A DNA stretch of 64,000 nucleotides from Eledone cirrhosa (lineage: Eukaryota). A model generated the notes under the pieces. The model did no database searches. It was not told the origin of the DNA and was given only the letters and a program-made list of their open reading frames with translations. The stretch's first letter is position 1. Every line of letters begins with the position of its first letter. The DNA is taken from positions 111,042,001 through 111,106,000 of the forward strand of contig OZ024744.1 of the NCBI GenBank assembly GCA_964016885.1, read 5' to 3'. Both the position numbers and the translations under genes were made by a program. Positions 30,401-45,299 of this stretch are shown piece by piece.

Positions 30401-31999
30401 TGCACTGAACACAGTAAAACTACACAATCCACTATAACTTAACTTGCACTGAACACAGTAAAACTACACAATCCACTATAACTTAACTGGCCCTGAACAC
30501 AGTAAAACTACACAATCCACTATAACTTACCTTGCACTGAACACAGTAAAACTACACAATCCACTATAAGTTACCTTGCTCTGAACACAGTAAAACTACA
30601 CAATCCACTATAACTTAACTGGCCCTGAACACAGTAAACTACAGAATCCACTATAACTTACCTTGCCCTGAACAAAGTAAAACTACGTAATCCACTATAC
30701 CTTACCTTGCCCTGAACACAGTAAAACTACACAATCCACTATAGCTTACATTGCTCTGAACACAGTAAAACTACACAATACACTATAGCTTACCTTGCCC
30801 TGAACACAGTAAAACTACACAATCCACTATAAATTACCTTGCTCTGAACACAGTAAAACTACACAATCCACTATAACTTACCTTGCCCTGAACACAGTAA
30901 ACTACACAATCCACTATAACTTACATTGCCCTGAACACAGTAAAACTACACAATCCACTATAACTGAACTGGCCCTGAACACAGTAAAACTACACAATCC
31001 ACTATAACTTAACTGGCCCTGAACACAGTAAAACTACACAATCCACTATAACTTAACTGGCCCTGAACACAGTAAAACTACACAATCCACTATAAGTTAC
31101 CTTGCTCTGAACACAGTAAAACTACACAATCCACTATAACTTACCTTGTCCTGAACACACTAAAACTACACAATCCTCTATAACTTAACTGGCCCTGAAC
31201 ACAGTAAAACTACACAATCCACTATAACTTAGCTTGCACTGAACACACTAAAACTACACAATCCACTATAACTTACCTTGCCCTGAACACAGTAAAACTA
31301 CACAATCCACTTCAACTTACCTTGCTCTGAACACAGTAAAACTACACAATCCACTATAACTTACCTTGCCCTGAACACAGTAAAATTACACAATCCACTA
31401 TAACTAACCTTGCCCTGAACACAGTAAAACTACACAATCCACTATAACTTACTTTGCTCTGAACACAGTAAAACTACACAATCCACCTTAACTTACCTTG
31501 CTCTGAACACAGTAAAACTACACAATCCACTTCAACTTACCTTGCTCTGAACACAGTAAAACTACACAATCCACTATAACTTACCTTGCCCTGAACACAG
31601 TAAAATTACACAATCCTCTATAACTTACCTTGCCCTGAACACAGTAAAACTACATAATCCACTATAACTTAACATGCTCTGAACACAGTAAAACTACACA
31701 ACCCACTATAACTTACCTTGCCTTGAACACAGTAAAACTACACAATCCACAATAACCTACCTTGCCCTGAACATAGTAAAACTACGTAATCCACTATAAC
31801 TTACCTTCCTCTAAACACAGTAAAACTACACAATCTACTATAACTTACCTTGCCCAGAACACAGTAAAACTACGTAATCCACTATAACTTACCTTGCCCT
31901 GAACACAGTAAAACTACACAATCCACTATAATTTACCTTGCCCTGAACACAGTAAAACTACACAATCCACTATAACTTACCTTGCTCTGAACACAGTAA

Positions 32000-34900
32000 A
32001 ACTACATAATCCACTATAACTTACCTTGCCCTGAACACAGTAAAACTAACACAATCCACTATAACTTACCTTGCCCTGAACACAGTAAAACTACACCATC
32101 CACTATAAATTACGTTGCCATGAACATACTAAAACTACACGATCTTCTATAACTTACCTTGCCCTGAACACAGTAAAACCACACAATCCACTATAACTTA
32201 CCTTGCCCTGAACACAGTAAAACTACACAATCCACTATAACTTACATTGCCCTGAACGCAGTAAAACAACACGATCCACTATAACTGAACTGGCCCTGAA
32301 CACAGTAAAACTACACAATCCACTATAACTTAACTGGCCCTGAACACAGTAAAACTACACAATCCACTATAACTTAACTGGCCCTGAACACAGTAAAACT
32401 ACACAATCCACTATAAGTTACCTTGCTCTGAACACAGTAAAACTACACAATCCACTATAACTTACCTTGCCCTGAACACAGTAAACTACACAATCCACTA
32501 TAACTAACATTGCCCTGAACACAGTAAAACTACACAAACCACTATAAATTACCTTGTTCTGAACACAGTAAAACTACACAATCCACTATACCTTACCTTG
32601 CCCTGAACACAGTAAAACTACACAATCCACTATAACTTACTTTGCCCTGAACATATTAAAACTACACAAGCCACTATAAATTACCTTGCTCTAAACACAG
32701 TAAAACTTTATAATCCACTATAACTTAACTGGCCCTGAACACAGTGAAACTACACAATCCACTATAACTTAACTGGCCCTGAACACAGTAAAACTACACA
32801 ATCCACTATAAGTTACCTTGCTCTGAACACAGTAAAACTACACGATCCACTATAACTTAACTGGCCTTGAACACAGTAAAGCTACACAATCCACTATAAC
32901 TTACATTTCTCTGAACACAGGAAAACTACACAAACCACTATAACTTAACTGACCCTGAACACAGTAAAACTACACAATCCACTATAACTTAACTGACCCT
33001 GAACACAGTAAAACTACACAATCCACTATAACTTACCTTGCACTGAACACAGTAAAACTACACAATCCACTATAAGTTACCTTGCTCTGAACACAGTAAA
33101 ACTACACAATCCACTATAACTTACCTTGCCCTGAACACAGTAAACTACACAATCCACTATAACTTACATTGCCCTGAACACAGTAAAACTACACAAACCA
33201 CTATAACTTACCTTGTTCTGAACACAGTAAAACTACACAATCCCCTATACCTTACCTTGCCCTGAACACACTAAACTACAGGATCCACTATAACTTAACT
33301 GGCCCTGAACACAGTAAAACTACACGATCCACTATAACTTACCTTGCACTGAACACAGTAAAACTACACAATCCACTATAACTTACCTTGCACTGAACAC
33401 AGTAAAACTACACAATCCACTATAAATTACCTTGCCCTGAACACAGTAAAACTACACAATCCACTATAGCTTACATTGCTCTGAACACAGTAAAACTACA
33501 CAATCCACTATAGCTTACCTTGCCCTGAACACAGTAAAACTACACAATCCACTATAAATTACCTTGCTCTGAACACAGTAAAACTACACAATCCACTATA
33601 ACTTACCTTGCCCTGAACACAGTAAACTACACAATCCACTATAACTTACATTGCCCTGAACACAGTAAAACTACACAATCCACTATAACTGAACTGGCCC
33701 TGAACACAGTAAAACTACACAATCCACTATAACTTAACTGGCCCTGAACACAGTAAAACTACACAATCCACTATAACTTAACTGGCCCTGAACACAGTAA
33801 AACTACACAATCCACTATAAGTTACCTTGCTCTGAACACAGTAAAACTACACAATCCACTATAACTTACCTTGTCCTGAACACACTAAAACTACACAATC
33901 CTCTATAACTTAACTGGCCCTGAACACAGTAAAACTACACAATCCACTATAACTTAGCTTGCACTGAACACAGTAAAACTACACAATCCACTATAACTTA
34001 CCTTGCCCTGAACACAGTAAAACTACACAATCCACTTCAACTTACCTTGCTCTGAACACAGTAAAACTACATAATCCACTATAACTTACCTTGCCCTGAA
34101 CACAGTAAAACTAACACAATCCACTATAACTTACCTTGCCCTGAACACAGTAAAACTACACCATCCACTATAAATTACGTTGCCATGAACATACTAAAAC
34201 TACACGATCTTCTATAACTTACCTTGCCCTGAACACAGTAAAACCACACAATCCACTATAACTTACCTTGCCCTGAACACAGTAAAACTACACAATCCAC
34301 TATAACTTACATTGCCCTGAACGCAGTAAAACAACACAATCCACTATAACTGAACTGGCCCTGAACACAGTAAAACTACACAATCCACTATAACTTAACT
34401 GGCCCTGAACACAGTAAAACTACACAATCCACTATAACTTAACTGGCCCTGAACACAGTAAAACTACACAATCCACTATAAGTTACCTTGCTCTGAACAC
34501 AGTAAAACTACACAATCCACTATAACTTACCTTGCCCTGAACACAGTAAACTACACAATCCACTATAACTAACATTGCCCTGAACACAGTAAAACTACAC
34601 AAACCACTATAAATTACCTTGTTCTGAACACAGTAAAACTACACAATCCACTATACCTTACCTTGCCCTGAACACAGTAAAACTACACAATCCACTATAA
34701 CTTACTTTGCCCTGAACATATTAAAACTACACAAGCCACTATAAATTACCTTGCTCTAAACACAGTAAAACTTTATAATCCACTATAACTTAACTGGCCC
34801 TGAACACAGTGAAACTACACAATCCACTATAACTTAACTGGCCCTGAACACAGTAAAACTACACAATCCACTATAAGTTACCTTGCTCTGAACACAGTAA

Positions 34901-36120
34901 AACTACACAATCCACTATAACTTAACTGGCCTTGAACACAGTAAAGCTACACAATCCACTATAACTTACATTTCTCTGAACACAGGAAAACTACACAAAC
35001 CACTATAACTTAACTGACCCTGAACACAGTAAAACTACACAATCCACTATAACTTAACTGACCCTGAACACAGTAAAACTACACAATCCACTATAACTTA
35101 CCTTGCACTGAACACAGTAAAACTACACAATCCACTATAAGTTACCTTGCTCTGAACACAGTAAAACTACACAATCCACTATAACTTACCTTGCCCTGAA
35201 CACAGTAAACTACACAATCCACTATAACTTACATTGCCCTGAACACAGTAAAACTACACAAACCACTATAAATTACCTTGTTCTGAACACAGTAAAACTA
35301 CACAATCCCCTATACCTTACCTTGCCCTGAACACACTAAACTACAGGATCCACTATAACTTAACTGGCCCTGAACACAGTAAAACTACACGATCCACTAT
35401 AACTTACCTTGCACTGAACACAGTAAAACTACACAATCCACTATAACTTACCTTGCACTGAACACAGTAAAACTACACAATCCACTATAAATTACCTTGC
35501 CCTGAACACAGTAAAACTACACAATCCACTATAGCTTACATTGCTCTGAACACAGTAAAACTACACAATCCACTATAGCTTACCTTGCCCTGAACACAGT
35601 AAAACTACACAATCCACTATAAATTACCTTGCTCTGAACACAGTAAAACTACACAATCCACTATAACTTACCTTGCCCTGAACACAGTAAACTACACAAT
35701 CCACTATAACTTACATTGCCCTGAACACAGTAAAACTACACAATCCACTATAACTGAACTGGCCCTGAACACAGTAAAACTACACAATCCACTATAACTT
35801 AACTGACCCTGAACACAGTAAAACTACACAATCCACTATAACTTAACTGGCCCTGAACACAGTAAAACTACACAATCCACTATAAGTTACCTTGCTCTGA
35901 ACACAGTAAAACTACACAATCCACTATAACTTACCTTGTCCTGAACACACTAAAACTACACAATCCTCTATAACTTAACTGGCCCTGAACACAGTAAAAC
36001 TACACAATCCACTATAACTTAGCTTGCACTGAACACAGTAAAACTACACAATCCACTATAACTTACCTTGCCCTGAACACAGTAAAACTACACAATCCAC
36101 TTCAACTTACCTTGCTCTGA
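32000..36120. repeat. 2,065-bp (47-monomer) tandem duplication
   Basis: 45-bp unit CTAACAC at 32046/34111 and CTACACCATC at 32091/34156; the rare TACGTTGCCATGAACATACT and GAACGCAG variants occur in both copies. Confidence 0.88.
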
Positions 36121-38019
36121 ACACAGTAAAACTACACAATCCACTATAACTTACCTTGCCCTGAACACAGTAAAATTACACAATCCACTATAACTAACCT
36201 TGCCCTGAACACAGTAAAACTACACAATCTACTATAACTTACTTTGCTCTGAACACAGTAAAACTACACAATCCACCTTAACTTACCTTGCTCTGAACAC
36301 AGTAAAACTACACAATCCACTTCAACTTACCTTGCACTGAACACAGTAAAACTACACAATCCACTATAACTTACCTTGCCCTGAACACAGTAAAACTACA
36401 CAACCCACTATAACTTACCTTGCCTTGAACACAGTAAAACTACACAATCCACAATAACTTACCTTGCCCTGAACATAGTAAAACTACGTAATCCACTATA
36501 ACTTACCTTCCTCTAAACACAGTAAAACTACACAATCTACTATAACTTACCTTGCCCAGAACACAGTAAAACTACGTAATCCACTATAACTTACCTTGCC
36601 CTGAACACAGTAAAACTACACAATCCACTATAATTTACCTTGCTCTGAACACAGTAAAACTACACAATCCACTATAACTTACCTTGCCCTGAACACAGTA
36701 AACTACACAATCCACTATAACTTACATTGCCCTGAACACAGTAAAACTACACAATCCACTATAACTGAACTGGCCCTGAACACAGTAAAACTACACAATC
36801 CACTATAACTTAACTGGCCCTGAACACAGTAAAACTACACAATCCACTATAACTTAACTGGCCCTGAACACAGTAAAACTACACAATCCACTATAAGTTA
36901 CCTTGCTCTGAACACAGTAAAACTACACAATCCACTATAACTTACCTTGTCCTGAACACACTAAAACTACACAATCCACTATAACTGAACTGGCCCTGAA
37001 CACAGTAAAACTACACAATCCACTATAACTTAACTGGCCCTGAACACAGTAAAACTACACAATCCACTATAACTTAACTGGCCCTGAACACAGTAAAACT
37101 ACACAATCCACTATAAGTTACCTTGCTCTGAACACAGTAAAACTACACAATCCACTATAACTTACCTTGCCCTGAACACAGTAAACTACACAATCCACTA
37201 TAACTTACATTGCCCTGAACACAGTAAAACTACACAAACCACTATAAATTACCTTGTTCTGAACACAGTAAAACTACACAATCCACTATACCTTACCTTG
37301 CCCTGAACACAGTAAAACTACACAATCCACTATAACTTACTTTGCCCTGAACATATTAAAACTACACAAACCACTATAAATTACCTTGCTCTAAACACAG
37401 TAAAACTTTATAATCCACTATAACTTAACTGGCCCTGAACACAGTGAAACTACACAATCCACTATAACTTAACTGGCCCTGAACACAGTAAAACTACACA
37501 ATCCACTATAAGTTACCTTGCTCTGAACACAGTAAAACTACACAATCCACTATAACTTAACTGGCCTTGAACACAGTAAAGCTACACAATCCACTATAAC
37601 TTACATTTCTCTGAACACAGGAAAACTACACAAACCACTATAACTTAACTGACCCTGAACACAGTAAAACTACACAATCCACTATAACTTAACTGACCCT
37701 GAACACAGTAAAACTACACAATCCACTATAACTTAACTGGCCCTGAACACAGTAAACTACAGGATCCACTATAACTTACCCTACTCTGAACACAGTAAAT
37801 CTACACGATCCACTATAACTTACATTGCCCTGAGCACAGTAAAACTACACAATCCACTATAACTTGCCTTGCTCTGAACACAGTAAAACTACACAATCCA
37901 CTATAACTTACTTTGCCATGAACACAGTAAAACTACACGATCCACTATAAATTACCTTGCACTGAACACAGTAAAACTACACAATCCACTATAACTTACC
38001 TTACCCTGAACACAGTAAA

Positions 38020-41000
38020 CTACACAATCCACTCTAACTTACCTTGCCCAGAACAAAGTAAAACTACGTAATCCACTATACCTTACCTTGCCCTGAACAC
38101 AGTGAAACTACACAATCCACTATAACTTACCTTGCTCTGAACACAGTAAAACTACACAATCCACTATACCTTACCTTGCCCTGAACACAGTAAAACTACA
38201 TAATCCACTATAACTTACCTTGCCCTGAACACAGTAAAACTACACAATCCACTATAAGTTACCTTGCCCTGAAAACAGTAGAACTACACAATCCACTATA
38301 AATTACCTTGCTCTGAACACAATAAAACTACACAATCCACTATAACTTAACTGGCCCTGAACACAGTAAAACTACACAATCCACTATAACTTACCTTGCC
38401 CTGAACACAGTAAAACTACACAATCCACTATAACAAACATTGCCCTGAACACGGTAAAACTACACAAACCACTATAAATTACCTTGCCCTGAACACAGTA
38501 AAACTACATAATCCACTATAGTTTACCTTGCCCTGAACACAATAAAACTACACAATCCACTATAAATTACCTTGCCCTGAACACAGTAAAACTACACAAT
38601 CCTCTATAACTTACCTTGCTGTGAACACAGTAAAACTACACAATCCACTATGCCTTACCTTGCCCTGAACACAGTAAAACTACACAATCCACTATTACTT
38701 ACATTGCTCTGAACACAGAAAAACTACACAATCCACTATAACTTACTTTGCCATGAACACAGTGAAACTACACAATCCTCTATAACTTACCTTGCTGTGA
38801 ACACAGTAAAACTACACAATCCACTATAAATTACCTTGCTCTGAACACAGTAAAACTACACAATCCACTATGCCTTACCTTGCCCTGAACACAGTAAAAC
38901 TACACAATCCACTATAACAAACATTGCCCTGAACACGGTAAAACTACACAAACCACTATAAATTACCTTGACCTGAACACAGTAAAACTACATAATCCAC
39001 TATAGTTTACCTTGCCCTGAACACAATAAAACTACACAATCCACTATAAATTACCTTGCCCTGAAAACAGTAAAACTACACAATCCACTATAACGTACCT
39101 TGCCCTGAACACAGTAAAACTACTTAATTCACTATAACTTACCTTGCTCTGAACACAGTAAAACTACACAATCCACTATACCTTACCTTGCCCTGAACAC
39201 AGTGAAACTACACAATCCACTATAACTTACCTTGCCCTGAACACAGTAAAACTACACAATCCACTATAACTTACCTTGCCCTGAACACAGTAAAACTACA
39301 CAATCCTCTATAACTTACCTTGCTGTGAACACAGTAAAACTACACAATCCACTATGCCTTACCTTGCCCTGAACACAGTAAAACTACACAATCCACTATT
39401 ACTTACATTGCTCTGAACACAGTAAGACTACACAATCCACTATAAGTTACATTGCCCTGAACACAGTAAAACTACACAAGCCACTATAAATTACCTTGTT
39501 CTGAACACAGTAAAACTACACAATCCACTATACCTTACCTTGCCCTGAACACAGTAAAACTACACAATCCACTATAACTTACTTTGCCCTGAACACATTA
39601 AAACTACACAAACCACTATAAATTACCTTGCTCTGAACACAGTAAAACTACACAATCCACTATAACTTAACTGGCCCTGAACACAGTAAACTACAGAATC
39701 CACTATAACTTACCTTGCCCAGAACAAAGTAAAACTACGTAATCCACTATACCTTACCTTGCCCTGAACACAGTAAAACTACACAATCCACTATAGCTTA
39801 CATTGCTCTGAACACAGTAAAACTACACAATCCACTATAAATTACCTTGTTCTGAACACAGTAAAACTACACAATCCACTATAACTGAACTGGCCCTGAA
39901 CACAGTAAAACTACACAATCCACTATAACTTAACTGGCCCTGAACACCGTAAAACTACACAATCCACTATAACTTAACTGGCCCTGAACACAGTAAAACT
40001 ACACAATCCACTATAAGTTACCTTGCTCTGAACACAGTAAAACTACACGATCCACTATAACTTACCTTGCACTGAACACAGTAAAACTACACAATCCACT
40101 ATAACTTGCCTTGCCCTGAACACAGTAAACTACACAATCCACTCTAACTTACCTTGCCCAGAACAAAGTAAAACTACGTAATCCACTATACCTTACCTTG
40201 CCCTGAACACAGTGAAACTACACAATCCACTATAACTTACCTTACTCTGAACACAGTAAAACTACACAATCCACTATACCTTACCTTGCCCTGAACACAG
40301 TAAAACTACATAATCCACTATAGTTTACCTTGCCCTGAACACAATAAAACTACACAATCCACTATAAATTACCTTGCCCTGAAAACAGTAGAACTACACA
40401 ATCCACTATAAATTACCTTGCTCTGAACACAATAAAACTACACAATCCACTATAACTTAACTGGCCCTGAACACAGTAAAACTACACAATCCACTATAAC
40501 TTACCTTGCCCTGAACACAGTAAAACTACACAATCCACTATAACAAACATTGCCCTGAACACTGTAAAACTACACAAACCACTATAAATTACCTTGCCCT
40601 GAACACAGTAAAACTACATAATCCACTATAGTTTACCTTGCCCTGAATACAATAAAACTACACAATCCACTATAAATTACCTTGCCCTGAACACAGTAAA
40701 ACTACACAATCCTCTATAACTTACCTTGCTGTGAACACAGTAAAACTACACAATCCACTATGCCTTACCTTGCCCTGAACACAGTAAAACTACACAATCC
40801 ACTATTACTTACATTGCTCTGAACACAGAAAAACTACACAATCCACTATAACTTACTTTGCCATGAACACAGTGAAACTACACAATCCTCTATAACTTAC
40901 CTTGCTGTGAACACAGTAAAACTACACAATCCACTATGCCTTACCTTGCCCTGAACACAGTAAAACTACACAATCCACTATAACTTACCTTGCCCTGAAC

Positions 41001-43450
41001 ACAGTAAAACTACACAATCCACTATAACAAACATTGCCCTGAACACGGTAAAACTACACAAACCACTATAAATTACCTTGACCTGAACACAGTAAAACTA
41101 CATAATCCACTATAGTTTACCTTGCCCTGAACACAATAAAACTACACAATCCACTATAAATTACCTTGCCCTGAAAACAGTAAAACTACACAATCCACTA
41201 TAACGTACCTTGCCCTGAACACAGTAAAACTACTTAATTCACTATAACTTACCTTGCTCTGAACACAGTAAAACTACACAATCCACTATACCTTACCTTG
41301 CCCTGAACACAGTGAAACTACACAATCCACTATAACTTACCTTGCCCTGAACACAGTAAAACTACACAATCCTCTATAACTTACCTTGCTGTGAACACAG
41401 TAAAACTACACAATCCACTATGCCTTACCTTGCCCTGAACACAGTAAAACTACACAATCCACTATTACTTACATTGCTCTGAACACAGTAAGACTACACA
41501 ATCCACTATAAGTTACATTGCCCTGAACACAGTAAAACTACACAAGCCACTATAAATTACCTTGTTCTGAACACAGTAAAACTACACAATCCACTATACC
41601 TTACCTTGCCCTGAACACAGTAAAACTACACAATCCACTATAACTTACTTTGCCCTGAACACATTAAAACTACACAAACCACTATAAATTACCTTGCTCT
41701 GAACACAGTAAAACTACACAATCCACTATAACTTAACTGGCCCTGAACACAGTAAACTACAGAATCCACTATAACTTACCTTGCCCAGAACAAAGTAAAA
41801 CTACGTAATCCACTATACCTTACCTTGCCCTGAACACAGTAAAACTACACAATCCACTATAGCTTACATTGCTCTGAACACAGTAAAACTACACAATCCA
41901 CTATAGCTTACCTTGCCCTGAACACAGTAAAACTACACAATCCACTATAAATTACCTTGCTCTGAACACAGTAAAACTACACAATCCACTATAACTTACC
42001 TTGCCCTGAAGACAGTAAAACTACACAATCCACTATAACTGAACTGGCCCTGAACACAGTAAAACTACACAATCCACTATAACTTAACTGGCCCTGAACA
42101 CAGAAAAACTACACAATCCACTATACCTTACCTTGCCCTGAACACAGTAAAACTACATAATCCACTATAGTTTACCTTGCCCTGAACACAATAAAACTAC
42201 ACAATCCACTATAAATTACCTTGCCCTGAAAACAGTAGAACTACACAATCCACTATAAATTACCTTGCTCTGAACACAATAAAACTACACAATCCAGTAT
42301 AACTTAACTGGCCCTGAACACAGTAAAACTACACAATCCACTATAACTTACCTTGCCCTGAACACAGTAAAACTACACAATCCACTATAACAAACATTGC
42401 CCTGAACACGGTAAAACTACACAAACCACTATAAATTACCTTGCCCTGAACACAGTAAAACTACATAATCCACTATAGTTTACCTTGCCCTGAACACAAT
42501 AAAACTACACAATCCACTATAAATTACCTTGCCCTGAACACAGTAAAACTACACAATTCTCTATAACTTACCTTGCTGTGAACACAGTAAAACTACACAA
42601 TCCACTATGCCTTACCTTGGCCTGAACACAGTAAAACTACACAATCCACTATAACTTACCTTGCCCTGAACACAGTAAAACTACACAATCCACTATTACT
42701 TACATTGCTCTGAACACAGAAAAACTACACAATCCACTCTAACTTACTTTGCCATGAACACAGTAAAACTACACAATCCTCTATAACTGACCTTGCTGTG
42801 AACACAGTAAAAGTACACAATCCACTATGCCTTACCTTGCCCTGAACACAGTAAAACTACACAATCCACTATAACTTACCTTGCCCTGAACACAGTAAAA
42901 CTACACAATCCACTATAACAAACATTGCCCTGAACACGGTAAAACTACACAAACCACTATAAATTACCTTGCCCTGAACACAGTAAAACTACATAATCCA
43001 CTATAGTTTACCTTGCCCTGAACACAATAAACTACACAATCCACTATAAATTACCTTGCCCTGAAAACAGTAAAACTACACAATCCACTATAACGTACCT
43101 TGCCCTGAACACAGTAAAACTACTTAATTCACTATAACTTACCTTGCTCTGAACACAGTAAAGCTACACAATCCACTATACCTTACCTTGCCCTGAACAC
43201 AGTGAAACTACACAATCCACTATAACTTACCTTGCCCTGAACACAGTAAAACTACACAATCCTCTATAACTTACCTTGCTGTGAACACAGTAAAACTACA
43301 CAATCCACTATGCCTTACCTTGCCCTGAACACAGTAAAACTACACAATCCACTATTACTTACATTGCTCTGAACACAGTAAGACTACACAATCCACTATA
43401 ACTTACATTGCCCTGAACACAGTAAAACTACACAAACCACTATAAATTAC
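38020..43450. repeat. About 1.9-2.1-kb higher-order repeat, about 2.6 copies
   Basis: ACCTGAACAC after TTG at 38971/41081 (+2110); AGTAAGACTA at 39421, 41487 and 43377. Confidence 0.8.
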
Positions 43451-45299
43451 CTTGCTCTAAACACAGTAAAACGTTATAATCCACTAAAACTTAACTGGCC
43501 CTGAACACAGTAAAACTACACAATCCACTATAGCTTAACTGGCCCTGAACACAGTAAAACTACACAATCCACTATAAGTTACCTTGCTCTGAACACAGTA
43601 AAACTACACAATCCACTATAACTTAACTGGCCCTGAACACAGTAAAACTACACAATCCACTATAACTTACCTTGCCTTGAACACAGTAAAACTACACAAT
43701 CCACTATAACTTACATTACTCTGAACACAGGAAAACTACACAAACCACTATAACTTAACTGACCCTGAACACAGTAAAACTACACAATCCACTATAACTT
43801 GCCTTGCGCTGAACACATTAAAACTACACAATCCACTATAACTTACTTTGCCATGAACACAGTAAAACTACACGATCCACTATAACTTACCTTGCACTGA
43901 ACACAGTAAAACTACACAATTCACTATAACTTACCTTGCACTGAACACAGTAAAACTACACAATCCACTATAACTTAACTGGCCCTGAACACAGTAAAAC
44001 TACACAATCCACTATAACTTAACTGGCCCTGAACACAGTAAAACTACACAATCCACTATAACTTTACTGGCCCTGAACACAGTAAAACTACACAATCCAC
44101 TATAAGTTACCTTGCTCTGAACACAGTAAAACTACACAATCCACTATAACTTACCTTGCCCTGAACACAGTAAACTACACAATCCACTATAACTTACCTT
44201 GCCCTGAACACAGTAAAACTACACAATCCACTATAACTTACCTTGCTCTGAACACAGTAAAACTACACAATCCACTATAACTTACCTTGCCCTGAACACA
44301 GTAAAACTACACAAACCACTATAAATTACCTTGTTCTGAACACAATAAAACTACACAATCCACTATACCTTACCTTGGCCTGAACACAGTAAAACTACAC
44401 AATCCACTATAACTTACTTTGCCCTGAACATATTAAAACTACACAAACCACTATAAGTTAACTTGCCCTGAACACAGTGAAACTACACAATCCACTATAA
44501 CTTAACTGGCCCTGAACACAGTAAAACTACACAATCCACTATAAGTTACCTTGCTCTGAACACAGTAAAACTACACAATCCACTATAACTTAACTGGCCC
44601 TGAACACAGTAAAGCTACACAATCCACTATAACTTACATTGCTCTGAACACAGGAAAACTACACAAACCACTATAACTTAACTGACCCTGAACTCAGTAA
44701 AACTACACAATCCACTATAACTTAACTGACCCTGAACACAGTAAAACTACACAATCCACTATAACTTAACTGGCCCTGAACACAGTAAACTACAGGATCC
44801 ACTATAACTTACCTTGCTCTGAACACAGTAAAACTACGCGATCCACTATAACTTACATTGCCCTGAGCACAGTAAAACTACACAATCCACTATAACTTGC
44901 CTTGCTCAGAACACAGTAAAACTACACAATCCACTATAACTTACTTTGCCATGAACACAGTAAAACTACACGATCCTCTATAACTTACCTTGCACTGAAC
45001 ACAGTAAAACTACACAATCCACTATAACTTACCTTGCACTGAACACAGTAAAATTACACAATCCACTATAACTTAACTGGCCCTGAACACAGTAAAACTA
45101 CACAATCCACTATAAGTTACCTTGCTCTGAACACAGTAAAACTACACAATCCACTATAACTTACCTTGCCCTGAACACAGTAAACTACACAATCCACTAT
45201 AACTTACTTTGCCCTGAACACATTAAAACTACACAAACCACTATAAATTACCTTGCTCTAAACACAGTAAAACTTTATAATCCACTATAACTTATCTGG

